Origin: Polyangiales bacterium
GTDB taxonomy: Bacteria; Myxococcota_A; Polyangia; Polyangiales; JAWKRM01
Assembly: GCA_041389625.1 (NCBI GenBank)
Contig: JAWKRM010000007.1
Span: 70,667 to 134,666 of the forward strand
Direction: 5' to 3'
Length of the DNA stretch: 64,000 bases
The notes beneath the pieces were generated by a model. It was not told where the DNA came from and did not search any database. It saw nothing but the letters and a program-made list of their open reading frames with translations. Made by a program: the position numbers and the translations under genes. Of this stretch, positions 46,219-54,943 are shown one piece after another. How positions within the stretch are numbered: position 1 is the stretch's first letter; each line of letters opens with the position of its first letter.

Positions 46219-47460
46219 CTACGGGGTCGCGTCGACGCGGTAGCCGACGATCAGCGTGTGATTCGCTTCGTCGCGGCAGGTGATCACCTGGCCGCTCGCG
46301 GAATCGAAGAGGAAGCACGTGTTCGGGTCGTAGCCGGCTTCCTTCGCGAGATCCGCTTCCGGGCGTGTGCTCAGGTTGAAGACCTGGCTTCGCGAAGGAT
46401 CCGAGAAGACCTCGAGTGCTTCGTCCGACGACGCGCAGATGTTGCCCTTGATGTCGTCGAACGTGCTCGGATGGAAGAACGAGCGAATGGACTCGCCCGA
46501 GGGATCATTCCTGCATTCCGAGACGACGTTTCCGAGGACAAACGCCAGCGGCACGCGGGCGAGTTTCTCGAGCATCGGGTTCATGGCGGCGCCATCCTCC
46601 GGGAGCGCCGTCGCCTGATCCTTAACCTGGAAGTAGAAGAAGACGCAGGAGCCGATGCAGCCGAGGACCACGAGGGCCAGGCACCCGATGGCGGCAAAAA
46701 GGAGTTTCTTCTTCTTGTCGCGCGCCGCGTCGTTCGCATCCGAGCCACCGCCACCGCCGGTCGGTGCTCCGAAGCCGCCACCCGCCGGGGGCTGCCCAAA
46801 CCCGCCGCCCTGACCAAAGGCGGGTGGGGCAGGGGCCTTGGGCGCGTTGGATCCACCGAAGGCCGCCGGCTGGGACGGTGCGCTCCCCGGGGATGATGGC
46901 GTTGCGCCGCCCGAGCGCGGCAGCCCGCCGAACTCGGAGGCCGTGGGCGGGGCGCCGAACTGCGGGCTCGTGGGGCTCGCCATCGTCGGGGCCGTGCCGA
47001 AGGAAGATCGCGTGGGCAGATCGGTCGAAGGGCTCGTCGCCGCATCCGAAGGTCCGCCGAAGGGTTGCGCTGGTTTGGACGCCGCGCCGCCGGGGACGCC
47101 GGGGGTGCCCGGCGGGCCCGCGGGTTGCGAGGGCGATCCGGGGGTCTGCGGCGCGACCATGGGGCCGAGCATCGTCTTTTGGAACGCGAGGTTGCGTGCG
47201 CCGGGGGCGGGGGCCGGCGGAGCCTTCGATCCGGCCGCGGGTCCCTGCGGGCGATCGGACATGGGCCGCGCGGGCGCCGGGGGCACGGCCCCGGGAGCGG
47301 GCTCCGACGCGCCGGGCTTCTGCGCGATGGGCGGCGTCTGCATCATCATGGTGCCCTTGAACTTCTTCGCGCCCTGCTTCTTGAGCTCGGCGCCGCACGC
47401 AACGCACTTCGTTGCCTCGTCCGTGTTTGGTTTTCCGCAGTTCGGGCAAAAGACGGTCAC
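46219..47460 (-). CDS. zinc-ribbon + Pro/Gly/Ala-rich linker + TM + C-terminal globular domain protein
   Basis: GTG 47460 is preceded by GGAGG. VTVFCPNCGKPNTDEATKCVACGA, then about 250 aa of low complexity. TM LLFAAIGCLALVVLGCIGSCVFFYF, then a ~130-aa domain. Confidence 0.65.
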   Translation of the reverse strand: MTVFCPNCGKPNTDEATKCVACGAELKKQGAKKFKGTMMMQTPPIAQKPGASEPAPGAVPPAPARPMSDRPQGPAAGSKAPPAPAPGARNLAFQKTMLGPMVAPQTPGSPSQPAGPPGTPGVPGGAASKPAQPFGGPSDAATSPSTDLPTRSSFGTAPTMASPTSPQFGAPPTASEFGGLPRSGGATPSSPGSAPSQPAAFGGSNAPKAPAPPAFGQGGGFGQPPAGGGFGAPTGGGGGSDANDAARDKKKKLLFAAIGCLALVVLGCIGSCVFFYFQVKDQATALPEDGAAMNPMLEKLARVPLAFVLGNVVSECRNDPSGESIRSFFHPSTFDDIKGNICASSDEALEVFSDPSRSQVFNLSTRPEADLAKEAGYDPNTCFLFDSASGQVITCRDEANHTLIVGYRVDATP

Positions 47461-47557
47461 AGGCAGCCTCCAGCGAGGCGCTACGGTACCCGCTCGCGTG
47501 GGGCACGGGAAGGGATTTCCAGGGGAACTTCCGCGCCAAAACGGCTCCGCCCCACGC

Positions 47558-47586
47558 TTGACAGCGACTTCGCCGACGCCTAGCGT
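47558..47586 (+). promoter_or_regulatory. sigma70-like promoter candidate TTGACA-N17-TAGCGT upstream of nuoE
   Basis: Hexamers at 47558-63 and 47581-86, about 85 nt before the nuoE ATG. Confidence 0.3.
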
Positions 47587-47671
47587 CCGCCCGACCCGAA
47601 AAGCGAGATTTCGCGCACTTAGCTCATGTTTCGAGCGCCGACGGCGCGCCCCACCTTGAGAGGTCTTCGAG

Positions 47672-48205
47672 ATGGCCTTCGCCCTGAGTCCCGACCGAGA
47701 ACAACGAGTCAACGAGATCATCGGGCGCTATCCAACGAAGCGAGCATCCGTGCTCCCGCTGCTTTGGCTTTGCCAAGAGCAGAACGGTTGGATCAGCGCC
47801 GACGTCATTGAGTTTGTGGCCCATCGCCTCGAACTCTCCACCGCGGTGGTTAAGGGCGTCGTTACCTTCTACACGATGCTCTTCGAGCACCCGGTGGCGC
47901 CGAATGTGGTGTGGGTGTGCCGCACGCTTTCGTGCGACCTCCGCGGCGGCAAGACCATCCAGGAGCACCTCGAGAAGCGCTTCGGCTGCCACGCCGGCGG
48001 CACGAGCAAGGATGGCAAGTTCACGCTGCTCAAGGCCGAGTGCCTCGCGGCCTGCGGGTACGCGCCCATGGTCCAGATCAACAACGAGTTCCACGAGAAT
48101 CTCACGACCGAGAAGCTCGACCGCGTCATCGACGAGATTGCGGCGCGCACGCCCGATCAGCGCTCGAAGCGCGACGTGACGACCGAGAAGGAGCAGCACG
48201 CATGA
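47672..48205 (+). CDS. nuoE: NADH-quinone oxidoreductase subunit E
   Basis: [2Fe-2S] thioredoxin-like pattern: VWVCRTLSC...AECLAACGYAPM. Confidence 0.92.
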   Translation: MAFALSPDREQRVNEIIGRYPTKRASVLPLLWLCQEQNGWISADVIEFVAHRLELSTAVVKGVVTFYTMLFEHPVAPNVVWVCRTLSCDLRGGKTIQEHLEKRFGCHAGGTSKDGKFTLLKAECLAACGYAPMVQINNEFHENLTTEKLDRVIDEIAARTPDQRSKRDVTTEKEQHA

Positions 48206-49578
48206 GCCAGGCGTTCGAACCGGTGTTTACCCGCCGCTACGCCGTCGAAAACGCGCACCTCCTCGAGGTGGCGGAGCGTCACGGTGCCTATCAAATGGCG
48301 CGCAAAGCCCTCGCGATGGATCCCGGGGCCGTCACCGAAGAGGTGAAGAAGTCCAACATTCGCGGTCGCGGCGGCGCGGGCTTCCCGACGGGCATGAAGT
48401 GGGGGTTTTTGAACCCGAAGCCCGACGAGAGGGTCTACCTCGTCATCAACGCCGACGAGAGCGAGCCCGGCACGTTCAAGGACCGCTCCATCATGGAGAA
48501 GGATCCGCACAAGCTCATCGAGGGCATCCTCATCGCGTGTCACGCGATGCGTTCGGAGTGTTGTTACATCTACGTGCGCGGCGAGCTGCCGTTTTGCATC
48601 ACTGCCCTCGAAAAGGCCATCGGCGAAGCGCGCCAGAAGGGCTACGTGGGCGACAACGTCCTCGGCACCGGCAAGAAGATCGACATCTTCGTGCATCGTG
48701 GCGCCGGCGCGTACATCTGCGGTGAGGAAACCGCGCTCTTGAACTCGCTCGAGGGTCGCCGCGGCGAACCGCGCTTGAAGCCCCCGTTCCCGGCGGTGAA
48801 GGGTGCGTTCGGCATGCCGACCATCGTCAACAACGTCGAGTCCATCGCGTCGGTGCCCGACATCCTCGAGCTTGGCGGCGAGAAGTGGTCGAGCCTCTCG
48901 CGCCTGCCGAAGGACGGCGGTTCGCGCCTCTACGGCGTGAGTGGTCACGTGAAGAACCCGGGCATCTTCGAAGCGCCCGTTGGCATCACGCTCCGCGAAC
49001 TCATCTACGACTACGCGGGCGGCATGCTCGACGAGTCGCGTCCGCTCAAGGCCGTGGTGCCCGGCGGCTCGTCCACGCCGATCCTTCGGCCGGACCGCAC
49101 GGTCAACGCCCCGAACCCCGAGCACCCGCTCCACGCGTGGCACGGCAAGAGCGAGATCGACGTTCCCATGGGCGTCGACACGTACCGCGCGCTCGGCACG
49201 ATGCTCGGCACGACGTGCGCCATCGTCATGGACTCCTCCGTGAACATGGTGGAGGCGTGCCGAAATCTCATGCGCTTCTACAAACACGAGTCCTGCGGTC
49301 AGTGCACGCCCTGCCGCGAAGGCACCGGTTGGCTCGTGGATCTGCTGAATCAGCTCTGCGAGGGCCGTGCAAGTGAGGGCGACGTGGCGACCCTCGTCGA
49401 CGTTGCGAACAACATGATGGGCAACACGATCTGCGCGTTTGCGGAGGGCACGGCCATGCCGCTCCTCGGCTTCGTGCGGCAGTTCCCAGACGAGTTCATG
49501 GCCGCTGCGAAGCGCGGCGTGGGCAACGCGCGACTGGACGCCAGCGTCCGCACGCTCGTCGCCGGGAGGGCCGCATGA
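48202..49578 (+). CDS. nuoF: NADH-quinone oxidoreductase subunit F
   Basis: ATGA overlap with nuoE. GRGGAGFPTG (FMN site), ESEPGTFKDR, and the [4Fe-4S] motif ESCGQCTPCREG. Internal start of listed ORF 47911..49578. Confidence 0.93.
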   Translation: MSQAFEPVFTRRYAVENAHLLEVAERHGAYQMARKALAMDPGAVTEEVKKSNIRGRGGAGFPTGMKWGFLNPKPDERVYLVINADESEPGTFKDRSIMEKDPHKLIEGILIACHAMRSECCYIYVRGELPFCITALEKAIGEARQKGYVGDNVLGTGKKIDIFVHRGAGAYICGEETALLNSLEGRRGEPRLKPPFPAVKGAFGMPTIVNNVESIASVPDILELGGEKWSSLSRLPKDGGSRLYGVSGHVKNPGIFEAPVGITLRELIYDYAGGMLDESRPLKAVVPGGSSTPILRPDRTVNAPNPEHPLHAWHGKSEIDVPMGVDTYRALGTMLGTTCAIVMDSSVNMVEACRNLMRFYKHESCGQCTPCREGTGWLVDLLNQLCEGRASEGDVATLVDVANNMMGNTICAFAEGTAMPLLGFVRQFPDEFMAAAKRGVGNARLDASVRTLVAGRAA

Positions 49579-50219
49579 GTTTGGCTGGTACGCTCCTCTT
49601 CTATCTGTGCGCGACCATTGGTGTCGGCAGTGCGGTCGCGACCGTCACGCTTCGGAGCCCCCTCCGTGCGGCGGTGGCGCTCCTCCTTCACATCGTCGCG
49701 CTGGCCGGCTTGTACCTCACGCTGAGCGCGCACTTCCTCGCGGCGCTACAGCTGCTCGTGTACGCGGGCGCGGTGGTGGTGCTCTTCGTCTTCACCATCA
49801 TGCTCATCGGTCCCGACGCCGAGGTGCCGCCGAATGCGCGCACGTTTGGCGTGCGTGCACTCGGGGTGGCGGTGGTGGCGCTCTTGACGGCGGCGGCCGT
49901 GTCGACGGTGGTCCGCATCTCGCCCCAAACCCCAACGCTCGCCGGCTGCACGGCGGAGCAAGGCGCCGAGTGTGGTCAGTTCGGCGGCGTCGGCGCCCTT
50001 GGGCGCGTGCTCTACACCGATAGCGTGATTCTGTTCGAGCTCGTGTCGGTGCTGCTCCTGGTGGCGGTCATCGGCGCGGTGGCCGTGGCCCGCGGTCGCA
50101 CGACCAAGGAAGCGGAGGCCGCAAAGGCGCGCCGCCTGGCCCGCGAAGCCGCGGAGGCCGAAGAGGAAGCCGCTGCGCGCAAGCTTTCGGCGGAAGTCGC
50201 CGCCCACGGAGGGCACTGA
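49575..50219 (+). CDS. nuoJ: NADH-quinone oxidoreductase subunit J
   Basis: ATGA overlap with nuoF. Hydrophobic N-terminal region with LLVYAGAVVVLFVFTIML. Charged C-terminal tail. Confidence 0.88.
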   Translation: MSLAGTLLFYLCATIGVGSAVATVTLRSPLRAAVALLLHIVALAGLYLTLSAHFLAALQLLVYAGAVVVLFVFTIMLIGPDAEVPPNARTFGVRALGVAVVALLTAAAVSTVVRISPQTPTLAGCTAEQGAECGQFGGVGALGRVLYTDSVILFELVSVLLLVAVIGAVAVARGRTTKEAEAAKARRLAREAAEAEEEAAARKLSAEVAAHGGH

Positions 50220-50222
50220 GTC

Positions 50223-50528
50223 ATGATTAGCCTCGGACACTACCTCGCGCTTGCGACGCTCATCTTCGGGCTCGGCGCGGCGGGTTTCCTTTCACGGCGC
50301 AACGTGCTCATCCAGCTCATGAGCATCGAGCTGATGCTGAACGCGGTGAACGTGGTGCTCGTCGCATTCAACCGGTTCCACCCCGAGAACCATGCGGGGC
50401 AGCTCTTCGCCTTCTTCGTGATCGCGGTGGCCGCCGCCGAAGCTGCGGTGGGGCTCTCCATCGTCATCTCCCTTTTCCGCCTGAAGAAGACCGTCGAGTC
50501 GGATCGCGCGGACCTCCTCAAGCACTAG
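50223..50528 (+). CDS. nuoK: NADH-quinone oxidoreductase subunit K
   Basis: 101 aa, three TM helices; [10 protein letters not shown] and [11 protein letters not shown] motifs. Confidence 0.92.
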   Translation: MISLGHYLALATLIFGLGAAGFLSRRNVLIQLMSIELMLNAVNVVLVAFNRFHPENHAGQLFAFFVIAVAAAEAAVGLSIVISLFRLKKTVESDRADLLKH

Positions 50529-50540
50529 TCGAGAAAGACC

Positions 50541-53339
50541 ATGCACGCAGAACTCGCACTGACGATGGTCGTCCTCCTGCCCCTTGCGGGCGCGATCATC
50601 AACGGAATTTTCGGTCGTGGAGTGGAAACGGCCGATGAAAAATCAGCCGTTGGCAAGCTCGCAACGGGCGTCGTGGCCGCCGCGTTCTTCGCCGCCGCGT
50701 ACTGCTTCTATGTGCTCCTCCAGCACGAAGGGGAGCCCATCCGCGCGCACCTCTACGACTGGTTCACGCTGAGGCTCGGCAGCCACACGATCCCCATCGG
50801 CGTCACGTTCGTCATGGATCGCTTGAGCGGTGTGATGACTCTGTTCGTCACGGGCATCGGCACGCTGATTCACGTGTACAGCACCGGGTACATGAGCGAA
50901 GACCCGAGCTACGCGCGGTTCTTCACCTACCTGAACCTCTTCATGGCGTCGATGCTGATCCTCGTGCTCGGGAGCAGCATGCCGCTGCTCTTCGTGGGCT
51001 GGGAGGGCGTGGGCCTCTGCTCGTACCTGCTCATCGGGTTCTGGTTTGAGAACCCGAACTACGCGGCGGCCGGCAAGAAGGCCTTCATCATGAACCGCAT
51101 CGGCGACTTCGGCGTCATCGTCGGGATGTTCATCCTGATGATGGCCACGGGGTCGCTCGAGTTCTCGGGCATCAACGCGGCGGCGCAGAGCGGTGCGCTC
51201 AAGGGCACGTTCGAGCTGCCCCGCCCCGAGATGCTTGGATCGGCCGCGGGCCTTGTGCTCGTGCTCCTCGGCCTTGGCGTTGTGGCGTTCCTTCGGAAGA
51301 AGGTGAACCTCTCGCCGCTCGCATGGCTTGTGGCGGCCGCGGTGCTCGGCGGGGCGCTCTACGTGCTTTTCGTGGTTTCGCCGACCGTTTCCATCGCGAC
51401 GGCGGCGTGCCTGTTCCTCTTCCTCGGCTGCACCGGCAAGAGCGCGCAGATCCCTCTCTTCGTCTGGCTGCCGGACGCCATGGCGGGCCCAACCCCGGTC
51501 TCGGCGCTCATCCACGCGGCGACCATGGTCACCGCCGGCGTTTACCTCTGCTGTCGCCTGTCGCCCGTGTTCATGCAGTCGCCCACGGCGCTCATGATCA
51601 TCTCGGTGGTGGGCGCGCTCACGGCGCTCCTCGCGGCGACCATCGCGCTCGTTCAGAACCACATGAAGCGCATCCTTGCGTACTCCACCGTGAGTCAGCT
51701 TGGTTTCATGTTCGCGGCGGTGGGCGCGGGCGCGTTCACGGCGGGCTTCTTCCACGTCTTCACGCACGCGTTCTTCAAGGCATGCCTCTTCCTTGGCGCC
51801 GGTGCGGTGATGCACGCCGTCCACGCGCACGGCGATGCGGACGTGCGCCTGCTCGGCGGGATGCGAAAGCACCTTCCAGTGGTGCGTTGGACGTTCCTCC
51901 TGAGCTGCCTTGCCATCGCGGGCTTCCCTCTCACGAGCGGCTTCTTCTCGAAGGACGAGATCCTCCTCGGCGTTGTGAACGCCCAGGGCATCGAGGGCTA
52001 TTCGCCTGAGGTGAGCTGGTTCGTGTTCGGCGTCCTCGTCCTCGCGGCGACCATGACGGCGTTCTACATGTTCCGCCTGTACTTCCTGACCTTCGCCGGT
52101 GAGTACCGCTCGGCAAAGGCGCATGGTAGCGACGAGGCCGGCCACGACGACCATGGGCACGGCGAGCACGGCTACGCCGAGCACCCCCATCCTCCCGAGC
52201 CGGCCATCGCGTGGCCGCTGCGGATTCTCGGCGTGGGCGCCATCCTCGCCGGGCTCGTGAACATCGAGCCGATCCTGCACGTGCTCCACATCCACCCCGA
52301 AGGGGAGTGGGGCAACTGGTGGGGGCACTGGCTTGGTCCAGTCGTCGCGTCGGCGGGCGAAGGTCTCGAGAATGGCTGGATCTACGCGGCCATCGGCGGG
52401 ACGGCGGCCATGGCGGTCGGCATCGGCCTCGCGTACTCCATGTACGGCTCCGGCACGCGCATGCCTGCGGAGAATCCGGGCGCGTTCCACCAGCTCCTTC
52501 TCAACAAATGGAAGGTCGACGAACTCTACGAAGCGGTGGTCGTGTGGCCCATGCGCTGGGTCGCCGAGTTTGCCGCGGCCGTCGACAAGTACTTCGTCGA
52601 CATGATCCTGGCGAAGGCCACCGCGACGGCGGTGGAGATCGGCGGGTTCCTTTTCACGCGTGTGCAGAACGGCGTGGTCTACGCCTACGGCACGGTGATG
52701 GCGCTCGGTGTCCTCGGCGTGGGCGCGTGGTTCTTCCTTCCGCATCCGGCGCTCACGGTCGAAAAACTCGAGGGTGAAACCGCGTCGCTTCGCGCTGCGG
52801 TGGGTCTCGGCTACGCGTATCGCTGGGACGGCGATGGCGACGGCGAGTTCGACAGCGAGGAGTTTGAGGGCTCGAACACCCTCGAGCGCACCTACGCTGC
52901 GGGCGAGCGCAAGGCCTTCGTGGCGCGTCTTGGCGGCACGCTCGTCGGCGCCGTGGGCGGGGCCGATGTGGACATCACGCTCCCGACCGACGGCTCCGCC
53001 GTGACGCTTCGCGATTCGGAGCTCGGGGCGCTTTGGGCGAAGTCGAGTGCCGATGGCAGTGCGCCGGTGCCGCCCGTGCTCCGCGTGGACGGCGACGAAG
53101 TCGTGGTTCGTCCGAACGACGCCCTGTCGGGCCGTGACGGCAACGAGTTCCGCCTCAAGTACGGCGAATCGGCGCAGCTTGGGAACCGCACGCTCCGTGT
53201 CGGCGCCCTCGTGCGCTCGAGTGTTGAAGTGCAGAACGCCTTCGGCGTCGTCCGGCGTCAATCGAAGGATTCCGTGATTTTCCCCGCGGAGGCTGAGCAT
53301 GCTGAGGCTCGGCACGCGACGGTGGGAGGTGCCCTGTGA
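50541..53339 (+). CDS. nuoL: NADH-quinone oxidoreductase subunit L with internal insertion and ~200-aa C-terminal extension
   Basis: GKSAQIPLFVWLPDAMAGPTPVSALIHAATMVTAGV core. HL-helix/TM16-like region KWKVDELYEAV...YAYGTVMALGVLGVGAWFF. About 198 further residues follow, including YRWDGDGDGEF. 932 aa in total. Confidence 0.9.
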   Translation: MHAELALTMVVLLPLAGAIINGIFGRGVETADEKSAVGKLATGVVAAAFFAAAYCFYVLLQHEGEPIRAHLYDWFTLRLGSHTIPIGVTFVMDRLSGVMTLFVTGIGTLIHVYSTGYMSEDPSYARFFTYLNLFMASMLILVLGSSMPLLFVGWEGVGLCSYLLIGFWFENPNYAAAGKKAFIMNRIGDFGVIVGMFILMMATGSLEFSGINAAAQSGALKGTFELPRPEMLGSAAGLVLVLLGLGVVAFLRKKVNLSPLAWLVAAAVLGGALYVLFVVSPTVSIATAACLFLFLGCTGKSAQIPLFVWLPDAMAGPTPVSALIHAATMVTAGVYLCCRLSPVFMQSPTALMIISVVGALTALLAATIALVQNHMKRILAYSTVSQLGFMFAAVGAGAFTAGFFHVFTHAFFKACLFLGAGAVMHAVHAHGDADVRLLGGMRKHLPVVRWTFLLSCLAIAGFPLTSGFFSKDEILLGVVNAQGIEGYSPEVSWFVFGVLVLAATMTAFYMFRLYFLTFAGEYRSAKAHGSDEAGHDDHGHGEHGYAEHPHPPEPAIAWPLRILGVGAILAGLVNIEPILHVLHIHPEGEWGNWWGHWLGPVVASAGEGLENGWIYAAIGGTAAMAVGIGLAYSMYGSGTRMPAENPGAFHQLLLNKWKVDELYEAVVVWPMRWVAEFAAAVDKYFVDMILAKATATAVEIGGFLFTRVQNGVVYAYGTVMALGVLGVGAWFFLPHPALTVEKLEGETASLRAAVGLGYAYRWDGDGDGEFDSEEFEGSNTLERTYAAGERKAFVARLGGTLVGAVGGADVDITLPTDGSAVTLRDSELGALWAKSSADGSAPVPPVLRVDGDEVVVRPNDALSGRDGNEFRLKYGESAQLGNRTLRVGALVRSSVEVQNAFGVVRRQSKDSVIFPAEAEHAEARHATVGGAL

Positions 53340-54940
53340 CCGAGCATCTGCTTACGCTCCTCGTGGGGCTGCCCCTTTTGGGCGGGCTCTTCGTGCTGTG
53401 CATGCCGCGCCAGGACACGAAGCTCCTGCGCTGGTTCCCTCTCGGTGTGATGGGCGCCACGTTCGTCATGTCGCTGCTCCTTCTGACCGGCGACTACAAC
53501 GGCGCGTCGATGCAGTTCGCTGAAACCGCGTCGTGGGTGCCCGCGCTCGGCATCGGATACCGCGTGGGTGTCGACGGCATTTCGCTCTGGCTGGTGCTCC
53601 TGACGACGCTGCTTACGCCCGTGGCGCTCTTCGCGTCGTGGCTGAGCGTGTCGACAAAGGTGAAGGAGTACGCCGCGGCGTTCCTTTTCCTTGAGGCCGC
53701 CATGATCGGCACCTTCGTCGCCCTCGACGTCTTCCTCTTCTACGTGTTCTGGGAGCTCATGCTCGTGCCGATGTACCTCATCGTCGGCATCTGGGGCGGT
53801 CAGGATCGCGTCTACGCCGCCGTGAAGTTCTTCCTCTACACGATGGTGGGTTCGCTCCTCATGCTGGTGGCGATCCTCTACCTCGTGTCGACGTACAAGG
53901 GCCTTACGGGGCACTACTCGTTCGACCTGATGGAGCTCAAGCGGGTGGCATTCCCGCTTTCCACGCAGCTCTGGCTCTTCGGTGCCTTCGCGCTGGCCTT
54001 TGCCATCAAGGTGCCCATGTTCCCGTTCCACACGTGGCTGCCGGATGCGCACGTGCAGGCGCCCACGGGCGGCTCGGTCATCCTGGCCGCGGTCATGCTC
54101 AAGCTCGGCACGTACGGGTTTCTGCGCTTCGCCATTCCGCTCTTCCCGCTCGCGGCCCACGAGGCGGGGCCGAGCATCGCGGCGGTGGCCATCGTCGGCA
54201 TCATCTACGGTGCGTATTGCGCCTGGGTGCAGCGGGACGTGAAGAAGCTCGTGGCGTACTCCTCCGTGAGCCACCTCGGCTTCGTCATGCTTGGCGTGTT
54301 CACGATGAACGTGAGCGGCATTTCGGGCGCCATCCTTCAGATGGTCAACCACGGCATCTCGACCGGCGCGCTCTTTATCTTGGTCGGCATCATCTATGAC
54401 CGCCGCCACACCCGTGACCTCGACGCCTTCGGCGGCCTCGCCAAGGTCATGCCCGTCTACGCGACGCTCTTCGTCATCGTGACCATGAGCTCCGTGGGGC
54501 TTCCGGGAACCAACGGCTTCATCGGCGAGTTCATGATCCTCGCGGGGACGTTCGCTTCCGAGAGCTATGGCATCTGGCCGGCCATGTTCACGATCTTCGC
54601 GGCCACGGGGGTCATCCTCGCGGCGATCTATATGCTCCACGCGGTCCTCAAGATGTTCTGGGGCCCGGTGAAGCACGAGGCGAACCAGGGACTTCCGGAC
54701 GCCCGGCCCTACGAGCGGGCGGTCCTCGCTCCCCTGGTCGCGCTCATCTTCGTGGTGGGCCTCATGCCGAAGCCCTTCCTCGACCCCATGGAGACGTCGG
54801 TGTCGGCCCTCATCACGGAGGCCCGCGGCAAGGCCCACGCCTCGCAGCACGCGACCAAGCCCGAGCTCTACACCCTTGAGGCGGAGGCCCAGCCCGCCAC
54901 GGCCAGCGCCGAAGGGCGCCCCACGAAGATCGGAGGCTAG
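53336..54940 (+). CDS. nuoM: NADH-quinone oxidoreductase subunit M
   Basis: GTGA overlap with nuoL. FPFHTWLPDAHVQAPTGGSVILAAVMLKLGTYG. Confidence 0.92.
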   Translation: MTEHLLTLLVGLPLLGGLFVLCMPRQDTKLLRWFPLGVMGATFVMSLLLLTGDYNGASMQFAETASWVPALGIGYRVGVDGISLWLVLLTTLLTPVALFASWLSVSTKVKEYAAAFLFLEAAMIGTFVALDVFLFYVFWELMLVPMYLIVGIWGGQDRVYAAVKFFLYTMVGSLLMLVAILYLVSTYKGLTGHYSFDLMELKRVAFPLSTQLWLFGAFALAFAIKVPMFPFHTWLPDAHVQAPTGGSVILAAVMLKLGTYGFLRFAIPLFPLAAHEAGPSIAAVAIVGIIYGAYCAWVQRDVKKLVAYSSVSHLGFVMLGVFTMNVSGISGAILQMVNHGISTGALFILVGIIYDRRHTRDLDAFGGLAKVMPVYATLFVIVTMSSVGLPGTNGFIGEFMILAGTFASESYGIWPAMFTIFAATGVILAAIYMLHAVLKMFWGPVKHEANQGLPDARPYERAVLAPLVALIFVVGLMPKPFLDPMETSVSALITEARGKAHASQHATKPELYTLEAEAQPATASAEGRPTKIGG

Positions 54941-54943
54941 GCC

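Noticed and set aside
46700-47250. Repetitive-looking DNA that might be a tandem repeat or CRISPR-like array
   Set aside because: It is an in-frame Pro/Gly/Ala/Ser low-complexity coding linker of the zinc-ribbon membrane protein. It has no regular repeat-spacer periodicity.
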